34,648 bases of DNA from IMG/VR virus record IMGVR_UViG_3300032328_000119, positions 1 through 34,648 of that record; one strand, 5' to 3'. The position numbers and the translations under genes are program-made. This document shows positions 19,433 through 26,234 of this stretch, piece by piece. Origin of the DNA: a virus. Its lineage: Duplodnaviria; Caudoviricetes. The notes beneath the pieces were generated by a model that was given only the letters and a program-made list of their open reading frames with translations, searched no databases and was not told where the DNA came from. Numbering within the stretch: the stretch's first letter is position 1; the number at the start of each line of letters is the position of its first letter.

Positions 19433-19590
19433 TTTTTATAGCGAGCTTTTTTAGTAGCTTCTGAAATAGCAATGGCAATAGCTTGTTTAGGGTTCTTAAC
19501 TACCTTACCGCCCTTGCCGGAATGTAAAGTACCTTCTTTGTACTCGCCCATTACCTTGCCAATCTTGGCTTGCTTTTTGCTCATCTTCAT
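19429..19590 (-). CDS. Small basic protein (DUF6496-like), 53 aa
   Basis: Below ORF-track cutoff: MKMSKKQAKIGKVMGEYKEGTLHSGKGGKVVKNPKQAIAIAISEATKKARYKK; ATGA overlaps at both ends. Confidence 0.75.
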   Translation of the reverse strand: MKMSKKQAKIGKVMGEYKEGTLHSGKGGKVVKNPKQAIAIAISEATKKARYKK

Positions 19591-19748
19591 TTCTTTTTAG
19601 CCTTCATAGGTTTGGCAGTCTTAACCGCTTGCTTAAAATCTTTGGCAGTAGGAGCGTTTTTGCTACCTACTTTGTTCATTTTCTCACCTGATCCAGCAGC
19701 GATACGCTTGCGTTTAGCGTTGATATTTCCGTAAAGACTATTCTTCAT
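19587..19748 (-). CDS. Small Lys-rich protein, 53 aa
   Basis: Below cutoff: MKNSLYGNINAKRKRIAAGSGEKMNKVGSKNAPTAKDFKQAVKTAKPMKAKKK; GGAG upstream, coupled to next gene. Confidence 0.7.
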   Translation of the reverse strand: MKNSLYGNINAKRKRIAAGSGEKMNKVGSKNAPTAKDFKQAVKTAKPMKAKKK

Positions 19749-20109
19749 CTTTCATCTCCATTTCTTCTTCTTTGCCCATAGCTTCCCAGGCATCGCATCC
19801 GTTGTTCTGGCTGCACATAAAGTCGTAGATTTCGCAATAGCCCATTGTCTTTTCAATTCCACAATCAGGCATATCTTTTGGTGTGCAGAAGTATTGACAG
19901 GCTTTGCACTTGCCTTCGCCATCGCCCTTCTCGCCATAATTGGCTGTCAGAATGGCTTTTTTCATGTTGCCCTTGTTAATGTCGGCATCTTGAGTAGCTA
20001 ATGGGCATGAGCTTTTGTCCTCTGCCAATAAACCACCTTCTTCTTTTTCGCCCATCTTTGGCTTATCACCAAGCAAGCCGATCATAATCGTTGTTTTTTG
20101 TGGTTTCAT
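19738..20109 (-). CDS. Cys-rich protein, HiPIP-like Fe-S/metal-binding candidate
   Basis: Y...CKACQYF...GYCEIYDFMC...GCDAW spacing resembles the HiPIP CxxC...C...CxxW pattern. Confidence 0.5.
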   Translation of the reverse strand: MKPQKTTIMIGLLGDKPKMGEKEEGGLLAEDKSSCPLATQDADINKGNMKKAILTANYGEKGDGEGKCKACQYFCTPKDMPDCGIEKTMGYCEIYDFMCSQNNGCDAWEAMGKEEEMEMKDEE

Positions 20110-20147
20110 GGTATCTGAGGAAATTTAAGGCGAACTTGCCCAAGACA

Positions 20148-20176
20148 ATTTTAACGCTTTTTTAATCAAACCACAA
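20148..20176 (-). promoter_or_regulatory. Candidate late (pR'-like) sigma70 promoter
   Basis: Minus strand TTGTGG-17-TAAAAT ahead of the uninterrupted late gene string and downstream of the Q-like gene. Confidence 0.4.
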
Positions 20177-20845
20177 CTTGTACAAGTCTGGCATAGAGTT
20201 TCTAATCCATGCCCTAGCCTCGTCATCATTCTTTTGGTGATCCATTCCTACAGTCTGGCTGCCAACATGGTGTACATAAGACCGACTAACATAATTGTTA
20301 TATCCAGCAGCTCGGATCTCTAAACATTGAATATCGTCTGAATACCAGTTAATCGGTTTGTAATCTATCCATGCCTCTCTAGAGATAATCCCAAATAAAG
20401 GGGAAAGTACATCACTTTGGAATATCTGATCTTCCTCTACAAATTTAATTCCATTGCGTACTTCGCCATTCCTAATATTCTGTAGCCCACGCACATAGTC
20501 CGATCTACTGCATAGCCAGCCTAAACTGTGGTTTTGAAGCAACACTTTATCTTCTATTAGCGTATTAAAGCTACTAGGGGTTAATACTATGTCATCGTTT
20601 GCCACGATAATCTCAGGAAACATCTCAAACGCATAGCGCACTACATCGTTATAGGATTCCCCATAATTATTGCCGTTGTTGGGAAGATTGATAGTATTGT
20701 GCCTAGAACACTCTAGATCGCTCCCAGCAACGATAACTGTTACTTCCTTTGGCACATACTCATCTATTGATGCAAACAGCACAGGCAAGCATTTAGCGTG
20801 TTTTGTCGCTATTACTATGGCAAGATTGGCATACGAATCGTTCAT
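20162..20845 (-). CDS. GT2-like glycosyltransferase
   Basis: AIVIAT, NYGESYN, IIVANDDIVL, WYSDD, YVHHVGSQT. Confidence 0.8.
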   Translation of the reverse strand: MNDSYANLAIVIATKHAKCLPVLFASIDEYVPKEVTVIVAGSDLECSRHNTINLPNNGNNYGESYNDVVRYAFEMFPEIIVANDDIVLTPSSFNTLIEDKVLLQNHSLGWLCSRSDYVRGLQNIRNGEVRNGIKFVEEDQIFQSDVLSPLFGIISREAWIDYKPINWYSDDIQCLEIRAAGYNNYVSRSYVHHVGSQTVGMDHQKNDDEARAWIRNSMPDLYKLWFD

Positions 20846-20975
20846 TTAATCCTTCGTTGTAAGATTGTAGAACTCCATCTTTAGTAGTTTTGTTGATCTT
20901 GCAACTTGTACAAGTTCTGATGGTAATTTGACTTGGTTTTCTTATCCAGTTCTTGCTGGAGTCGTTTTTTTGCAT
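20793..20975 (-). CDS. Small Zn-ribbon protein overlapping both neighbours
   Basis: CTSC...CQSC pairs in 60 aa. Confidence 0.4.
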   Translation of the reverse strand: MQKNDSSKNWIRKPSQITIRTCTSCKINKTTKDGVLQSYNEGLNERFVCQSCHSNSDKTR

Positions 20976-21285
20976 TATGTAAATCTGTTTCTAATTTATG
21001 AGGTGTCGTTCTAGCATTATGCGCTAACTGGTTTAGTGAGGCGTAAGGATGGCTGACATATCTCATTTTAAGCACTTGTCTTAATTGTAATGGCAAACCC
21101 TTAATTGCCTGCTCTATCAGATCTCCGTCTACATGGTCTGGCTCGTAGTGTGGCTCTGGGTCTGCGTATAAATTGCCCAGCTCTGGAACATAGTTCTTTT
21201 CAAAACTGCGACAAGTAGTTTCCACTTGTGGGCCAATAACTCCCCAAGTAACATACCAAGCCCAATTTTTTAGCCTAGATTCCAT
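20881..21285 (-). CDS. Antiterminator Q-like / sigma70 region-4-like late regulator
   Basis: RLKNWAW start, IEQAIKGLP..LRQVLKMRYV and HTH-like C-terminus; upstream of late genes. Confidence 0.6.
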   Translation of the reverse strand: MESRLKNWAWYVTWGVIGPQVETTCRSFEKNYVPELGNLYADPEPHYEPDHVDGDLIEQAIKGLPLQLRQVLKMRYVSHPYASLNQLAHNARTTPHKLETDLHNAKKRLQQELDKKTKSNYHQNLYKLQDQQNY

Positions 21286-21286
21286 G

Positions 21287-21326
21287 TTGTCATTTAATTT
21301 TAATTAATTTATTGTATTATATTCAA
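21287..21326. promoter_or_regulatory. Overlapping divergent sigma70-like promoters
   Basis: Plus strand TTGTCA(21287)-17-TATTGT(21310); minus strand TTGAAT(21326)-18-TAAAAT(21302). Confidence 0.45.
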
Positions 21327-21332
21327 TATCTT

Positions 21333-22325
21333 ATGGCAAAGGTAGATATGAAACGATCTAATGCAGCAGATGAGAAATTTATAGAGTGTTGGAAAAGACT
21401 TGGCTCTCCTACTTTAGTAGCAAAAGAGCTAGGTATTAACCCTAGGAGCGCATTAAATAGACGAGCTGCGCTAGAAATCAGGCACGATATTAAATTGCCA
21501 ACTCTTAATTCTTTAAGAGATCCACCAAAAAAGCTAGAACAAACTCCAGGTCATGTAAGGCGAGGAATTGAAATAAAAGATAAGGGTAAAGTTATTGTAT
21601 TTTCTGATGCTCACTTTCAGCCTGGAGAAATAACACCAGCATACAAAGCATTATTAAAAATGATTAAGACCTTCAAAAGTGATTTGAAGGCTGTCGTGGC
21701 TAATGGGGATATGTTTGATGGATCTGGTCAAGTATCTAGTCATCCACGAATGGGATGGGCTAAAGCTCCTACTGCAAAAGAAGAATTAGAGTGCTGCATT
21801 GAAATGATGGCTGGGATTGAGGCAGTCGTACCAAAAGGCGTACCACTAATATGGACTGCTGGAAATCACGATGCTAGGCTAACTAATTACATTGCAAGGA
21901 ACGCTCCAGCATTAGAAGGTTTGCCAATGACTGAATTAAAAGATTTCTTCCCCTCATGGAAATCTTGTTGGTCGTTCTATGTAAACGAAGATACTGTAAT
22001 TAAACACAGGTTTCGTGGTAACGGATTTATCAATACCAAAATGTCTGGTATTAATATCGTAACTGGTCATACCCACCAGCTTAAAGTAGAGCCTTGGACA
22101 GACCTATCACCAAACTTTAATATGGGTACTCGCTATGGAGTGCAAACAGGAACATTAGCTAATCCGCACTCAATGGCCTTTGAGTATGTAGAAGATAATT
22201 CAAAGGACTGGCGTCCTGGAGGCGTTCTTTTATCTTGGGAAAATGGTAGATTAATATTGCCAGAAATTTTCCAAGTAAGCGGAGAAGATGAGTATGAATT
22301 TAGAGGACAGATTCATAAAATATGA
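21333..22325 (+). CDS. Calcineurin-like metallophosphoesterase with N-terminal HTH-like region
   Basis: All five motifs present: SDAH, NGDMFD, GNHD, KH, GHTH. Start uncertain (ATG 21333 or 21348 rather than the track start at 21312). Confidence 0.85.
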   Translation: MAKVDMKRSNAADEKFIECWKRLGSPTLVAKELGINPRSALNRRAALEIRHDIKLPTLNSLRDPPKKLEQTPGHVRRGIEIKDKGKVIVFSDAHFQPGEITPAYKALLKMIKTFKSDLKAVVANGDMFDGSGQVSSHPRMGWAKAPTAKEELECCIEMMAGIEAVVPKGVPLIWTAGNHDARLTNYIARNAPALEGLPMTELKDFFPSWKSCWSFYVNEDTVIKHRFRGNGFINTKMSGINIVTGHTHQLKVEPWTDLSPNFNMGTRYGVQTGTLANPHSMAFEYVEDNSKDWRPGGVLLSWENGRLILPEIFQVSGEDEYEFRGQIHKI

Positions 22326-22669
22326 GGATTACCCCATTTATTCTGGAACAAATGTATTTGTCTTTTTCTTGCTGCCATCCGCTAAGAAAATGGGACTTAC
22401 CACCACCAGAATTAATCCAGTTCAAGGTAACTAGGGAAAAGGATGCAATGGCTACCTACCGCTATCAAGAAGATTTAGATAGACCTCACATTATTACAAT
22501 TAGCAGATTAAAAAATGAACAGTTGGGAACAATCCAACGCTCGTTAATACATGAGGTATGTCATATGAGCTTTTGGAAAACAGGCGCATGGGATAAGCAT
22601 GGCACAGCATTTAGAACTCGCACCAGGCAAGTAGCCAGGGAGTTTGGCTGGGACTCTCTAGAGCTTTAA
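22322..22669 (+). CDS. SprT-like zinc metalloprotease
   Basis: ITIS...LIHEVCH (HExxH)...HGTAF; ATGA-coupled to the phosphoesterase. Confidence 0.75.
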   Translation: MRITPFILEQMYLSFSCCHPLRKWDLPPPELIQFKVTREKDAMATYRYQEDLDRPHIITISRLKNEQLGTIQRSLIHEVCHMSFWKTGAWDKHGTAFRTRTRQVAREFGWDSLEL

Positions 22670-22842
22670 TGGCTGCCTTCGCTATTCTGATTTGCCAATA
22701 GCGACTTATACATCTTAGACTGATCCTCTAGATCTCTAATTAGCTTAACAACCCTAAACAATACTTCATTTTCATGCTGTGTCATTATCTTGCCTGTGTA
22801 CAAATCTACTAACTCATTAACAATCTTGTTCGTTTCGTTCAC
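22666..22842 (-). CDS. Hypothetical protein, 58 aa
   Basis: Below cutoff: GTG start, MNETNKIVNELVDLYTGK...SEGSH; overlaps the stop of the Ref-like gene, AAGGA SD. Confidence 0.5.
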   Translation of the reverse strand: MNETNKIVNELVDLYTGKIMTQHENEVLFRVVKLIRDLEDQSKMYKSLLANQNSEGSH

Positions 22843-23132
22843 TTATCATCCTTTCCAAGTTTCTGACTGACTTGCTCCAACAACTCCTCACAGGATATTT
22901 TCCATTTTCTTTCAAAATGGCACACACCCAAGTGGTGAAGGCTATCGTTTCCAAGCCTATGGTGTTCTGGGCAAAGAGGCAGGATTGGGGATGTAGCCCG
23001 TTTAGCTCCATACCTTCTAACATGATGGAGTTCTGCCGGAGTGCCTTCAATCCCAAGGACTTCGGAGCATAAAATACATCCGAGTTCTGCAATCTTATTG
23101 AGTGCGTTCTTTTTGCCATGTTTAGTTACCAT
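22839..23132 (-). CDS. Ref-like (RecA-dependent) HNH nuclease
   Basis: IAELGCILC...AELHHVR...ILPLCPEHHR...LHH...FERKW; start set at ATG 23132. Confidence 0.75.
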   Translation of the reverse strand: MVTKHGKKNALNKIAELGCILCSEVLGIEGTPAELHHVRRYGAKRATSPILPLCPEHHRLGNDSLHHLGVCHFERKWKISCEELLEQVSQKLGKDDK

Positions 23133-23205
23133 TAAAAGCAAGCCATATAGAAACTATTGTAGATGCAATTATAAATATACCTATGTAATAAGGTAGATCG
23201 CTCAT
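23122..23205 (-). CDS. 27-aa membrane peptide
   Basis: MSDLPYYIGIFIIASTIVSIWLAFNGN; ATGA-coupled to upstream gene and fills the gap exactly. Confidence 0.45.
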   Translation of the reverse strand: MSDLPYYIGIFIIASTIVSIWLAFNGN

Positions 23206-23528
23206 TGTGTAGCCCTATCAATAGTACGATTAGTAGCTTCTTGACTGCGCCATATCTCTATTCTTGCTTGAGCTGCTATCAGTTGCCATTTTAACTTTTC
23301 CTCTACTTCTACAGCCTCTTTTAGCCCTTGTAAGAGTTCTACATAATCATCTGTAGCGTAGGCTTCCATCTCTTTAGCAGCGATACTAGGAGCTGTAGAT
23401 TCCAGCATGAGCTTACTTTTAGCAGATCGCAGATAGTTCTCTATATAAGTTCTATTTGCTTTGGCAGATGCAAAGACTCCTGATTGTTTGATGATAAATT
23501 CGACTGCTTTGTTCGGGTCAATTTCCAT
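23202..23528 (-). CDS. Conserved hypothetical helical protein
   Basis: 108 aa; AKANRTYIENYLRS...IEIWRSQEATNR. Confidence 0.65.
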   Translation of the reverse strand: MEIDPNKAVEFIIKQSGVFASAKANRTYIENYLRSAKSKLMLESTAPSIAAKEMEAYATDDYVELLQGLKEAVEVEEKLKWQLIAAQARIEIWRSQEATNRTIDRATQ

Positions 23529-23680
23529 TGTCTTTCCATTTCGTCTTTTAGTTTAAGTGTGGCTTCCCATCCACGCTTTTCTAATACTAAAGCTAACTGT
23601 TTTCGTCTAGTTGCTATAGGCCATGTTAGTAGCTCTCTGGCCTCACATTCATTGCGCCATTCCTCGCTGCTCGTATTCAT
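23441..23680 (-). CDS. Hypothetical protein
   Basis: SEEWRNECEARELL...KRG motif; GGGGA upstream. Confidence 0.6.
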   Translation of the reverse strand: MNTSSEEWRNECEARELLTWPIATRRKQLALVLEKRGWEATLKLKDEMERQWKLTRTKQSNLSSNNQESLHLPKQIELI

Positions 23681-24911
23681 TTATTCTTTCCCCAATCCAA
23701 CGCATTACCGGCACAGCCATAGAATTACCTAATGCTTTGTACCTTACACCACTTGGGCAGTTTTCTTTAATGTTAGTGTAATTGTCTGGGAAACCCTGTA
23801 ATCTTTCGCACTCTATTTCTGTAAGTCTGCGTACTGCCATATTTCCAATAATAGGAATATGACCACCACCAGCACCCATAGCATTAGTTAAGGTTGGGCT
23901 AATATTTTCTCCAATAGCAGCATTTGGATGTTGTCCACCTATACAGCCAACGCCAGCTCTCTGTCCTGTAGTTAATGTATTAGATTGATTTTCTAAAAAA
24001 TTCATTTCATCGGGTCTAGCGTTTGTATTAAAACCAAAAACATTTTGCACAAAAGGTATATTTCCACCACCTGACCCCCAGGTGCTTGTAACAGTTTGGC
24101 AAATATCACCCATTTCTTTAACTCTACTATCAGATGGATGATTTTCGTATGCAATCATAGTAAAACCATCTGCCCTTGAATAATCATTGCAAGTTGTTTC
24201 TAAGCAATTAGCAATTTTTGGTGTTGCTACCATTTTCATATAGCGTTCATTACAATCGTCTGAGCTTATTCCTTTGTAATCTCTTGCTGTGAGTGGGCCA
24301 CAGAGTTGAGTGCTGATTCCAGCATCGGTGGTAGTTTCTTTCCACGAGCTTCTGCCCTTCGCAATATTCCCTGACAGGCTTTCGGACTCAAATAATACTT
24401 TTGCGGAAGATTCCCAACCTCCAAGACATCCGACAACAAACACTCGTCTGCGCCTTTGTGCGACTCCGAAGTTTTGAGCATCAAGCACCCTGTAGGCCCA
24501 CCCATACCCGAGTTCAACCAACGCACCGAGGAAGCTGCCAAAATCTCGCCCCCCCCCAGAACTGAGGACACCTGGCACATTTTCCCATATGCACCACTTG
24601 GGTCTAAACTTGTCAAGAATTCCAACATAGGTGAGAGCAAGGTTGCCTCTTGGATCGTCAAGTCCTTTGCGTAAGCCTGCAACGCTAAATGATTGGCAGG
24701 GAGTTCCTCCGACCAAAAGTCCGATTGAGTCATCTAATTTCCATTCTTTATATTTAGTCATATCACCAAAATTGGTAACTTGTGGGTAGTGATGTGCAAG
24801 TACCTGGCTTGGAAATTTCTCAATTTCGCTAAATCCTACTGGTTTCCAGCCCATGTGATGCCATGCTACTGTTGCTGCCTCTATGCCAGAACAGACCGAT
24901 AAATAATTCAC
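23649..24911 (-). CDS. DNA (cytosine-5)-methyltransferase
   Basis: Motif I SVCSGIEA, IV GGTPCQSFSVAG, VI WENVPG, VIII QRRRRVF, IX RRLTEIECERLQGFPD, X YKALGNSMAV. Confidence 0.95.
   Translation of the reverse strand: MNYLSVCSGIEAATVAWHHMGWKPVGFSEIEKFPSQVLAHHYPQVTNFGDMTKYKEWKLDDSIGLLVGGTPCQSFSVAGLRKGLDDPRGNLALTYVGILDKFRPKWCIWENVPGVLSSGGGRDFGSFLGALVELGYGWAYRVLDAQNFGVAQRRRRVFVVGCLGGWESSAKVLFESESLSGNIAKGRSSWKETTTDAGISTQLCGPLTARDYKGISSDDCNERYMKMVATPKIANCLETTCNDYSRADGFTMIAYENHPSDSRVKEMGDICQTVTSTWGSGGGNIPFVQNVFGFNTNARPDEMNFLENQSNTLTTGQRAGVGCIGGQHPNAAIGENISPTLTNAMGAGGGHIPIIGNMAVRRLTEIECERLQGFPDNYTNIKENCPSGVRYKALGNSMAVPVMRWIGERINEYEQRGMAQ
24266..24733 (-). CDS. Nested +1-frame ORF within the methyltransferase, M.EcoHK31I beta-polypeptide-like
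   Basis: 155 codons open inside the MTase; RWLNSGM...LSDVLE...KYYLSPKACQGILRRAEARGKKLP; GGA about 7 nt upstream of ATG. Confidence 0.6.
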   Translation of the reverse strand: MTQSDFWSEELPANHLALQAYAKDLTIQEATLLSPMLEFLTSLDPSGAYGKMCQVSSVLGGGEILAASSVRWLNSGMGGPTGCLMLKTSESHKGADECLLSDVLEVGNLPQKYYLSPKACQGILRRAEARGKKLPPMLESALNSVAHSQQEITKE

Positions 24912-25300
24912 ACTTGCTCCTCAAGTTGTTTAATCTTCTGTGAGATTCTGGCTCTCCATTGCTGCCATCCTTCTCCAGCATAAGCCTGGACTCCTATCTC
25001 TTGAGCTTTTTTCATTGTGAGTTCTTCTGAGCTATACCAAGGCAACTCAGGTCGTTTATTTATCTTTGGTTCTTCTATTACAATCTCATCCTCAAACCTA
25101 TACTGGTTTAACCAAGTGGTTGCATGGCAGATATACTCCAGCTCTGTATTCTTTGACTTCCAGTATGCAATATGGTTTGGCAGAGCCTCTACTGCTTGCT
25201 CTCGCTCTACTGGCGTTAGCTTATAAAAGCTACGATGCGCCATACGCTTACTAACTTTCCTTGGATACAAACTCCAAAACTGCTCAAATAAATCTGACAT
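24908..25300 (-). CDS. Protein resembling the C-terminal domain of phage replication initiators
   Basis: FEQFWSLYPRKV...HATTWLNQYRFEDE; AAGGAG SD before ATG 25300. Confidence 0.6.
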   Translation of the reverse strand: MSDLFEQFWSLYPRKVSKRMAHRSFYKLTPVEREQAVEALPNHIAYWKSKNTELEYICHATTWLNQYRFEDEIVIEEPKINKRPELPWYSSEELTMKKAQEIGVQAYAGEGWQQWRARISQKIKQLEEQV

Positions 25301-25310
25301 TATTGCTCCT

Positions 25311-25550
25311 TCACGAGTAATAGACACCAACTACATAAAAAAAGACTGCTACAAATTCTACAATGAACAATGGTATATCTTCTTGGTATATACCAACTAA
25401 CGCCCAGATAGCACTACCGATTAAACCAAAATGAAGGTTGATTGGGTAGAAATTTAATGAGGTGAGAAATATCCCGATCAAACACAGGATTGTTCCGATC
25501 CATTTTGCGACCTTCAATCTGTTCCAGGCGTTGTCTTTCAGCAACTTCAT
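25311..25550 (-). CDS. Small membrane protein (about 3 TM)
   Basis: KWIGTILCLIGIFLTS...YPIN...; AAGGAG SD. Confidence 0.65.
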   Translation of the reverse strand: MKLLKDNAWNRLKVAKWIGTILCLIGIFLTSLNFYPINLHFGLIGSAIWALVGIYQEDIPLFIVEFVAVFFYVVGVYYS

Positions 25551-25574
25551 GTAGAAGTATCTCCTTAAAGTTTT

Positions 25575-25694
25575 TCATGTGTTCCTATGATAAAAGTCTT
25601 TGGGGTTGTTAAGCATAGCTATACACAGTTCATCTATATTTTTAAACCATTGGATTACTTTCATGCCATCATGCGTATAGATTGTGAAACTCAC
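25575..25694 (-). CDS. Hypothetical protein, 39 aa
   Basis: Below cutoff: GTG start overlapping upstream stop; MSFTIYTHDGMKVIQWFKNIDELCIAMLNNPKDFYHRNT. Confidence 0.5.
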   Translation of the reverse strand: MSFTIYTHDGMKVIQWFKNIDELCIAMLNNPKDFYHRNT

Positions 25695-25894
25695 TTCTCA
25701 CTAGCCTTTTTTAATATTGCTCTGACAAATTTATAAGGTACATATTGAGATAAGAAAAAGTCTTTAGCAACTAACGCTATTTCCTCATCTGTTAGTTCCT
25801 TATAAGCTACATATTCACCAGCCATGTGGCTTGCAGTTCTATCAAAAGATTCATCAATCTTTACCATTCCAGCAAAAGGTATTGGCTCTAACAT
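25691..25894 (-). CDS. Hypothetical protein
   Basis: 67 aa, AGGAG SD; ELTDEEI...FVRAILKKASEK motif. Confidence 0.6.
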   Translation of the reverse strand: MLEPIPFAGMVKIDESFDRTASHMAGEYVAYKELTDEEIALVAKDFFLSQYVPYKFVRAILKKASEK

Positions 25895-26227
25895 TTAGAC
25901 TCCTAGGGTTTTATTACTACGCATGGCTAAAAGTTCTTTATCTAAGCCTTGCTCTGGCTTGTAGGAAAGCAACTCTAGGGCATCGGATGTGCAGCATTTA
26001 CTACCTTTGTAGCAAGTGCCTGTAATGGCATCCATTATTAACCCTGTTTTATGCTCGTCTGTCCCAAAAAACACAGGCGTACAGATGATCTCGCCAAGGT
26101 TAGTAGTTCCCTTGTAGAGAACTCTATTCTTTAGCCAATCTAGCTTAAGGGATTTCTTTTGCCAAGTAGGAAAACAACTGCTGGCATCGGCACATAGACC
26201 AGTCATGGATTTTCTAATTTCTCTCAT
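25895..26227 (-). CDS. Hypothetical protein (probably leaderless mRNA)
   Basis: 110 aa; promoter -10 lies 7 nt before the ATG. Confidence 0.55.
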   Translation of the reverse strand: MREIRKSMTGLCADASSCFPTWQKKSLKLDWLKNRVLYKGTTNLGEIICTPVFFGTDEHKTGLIMDAITGTCYKGSKCCTSDALELLSYKPEQGLDKELLAMRSNKTLGV

Positions 26228-26234
26228 AACTTAG

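Noticed and set aside
22817-23119. 100-aa alternative-frame ORF overlapping the Ref-like nuclease
   Set aside because: No recognisable motif, while the other frame has the full Cys/His nuclease pattern. Unlike the MTase case, there is no family precedent.
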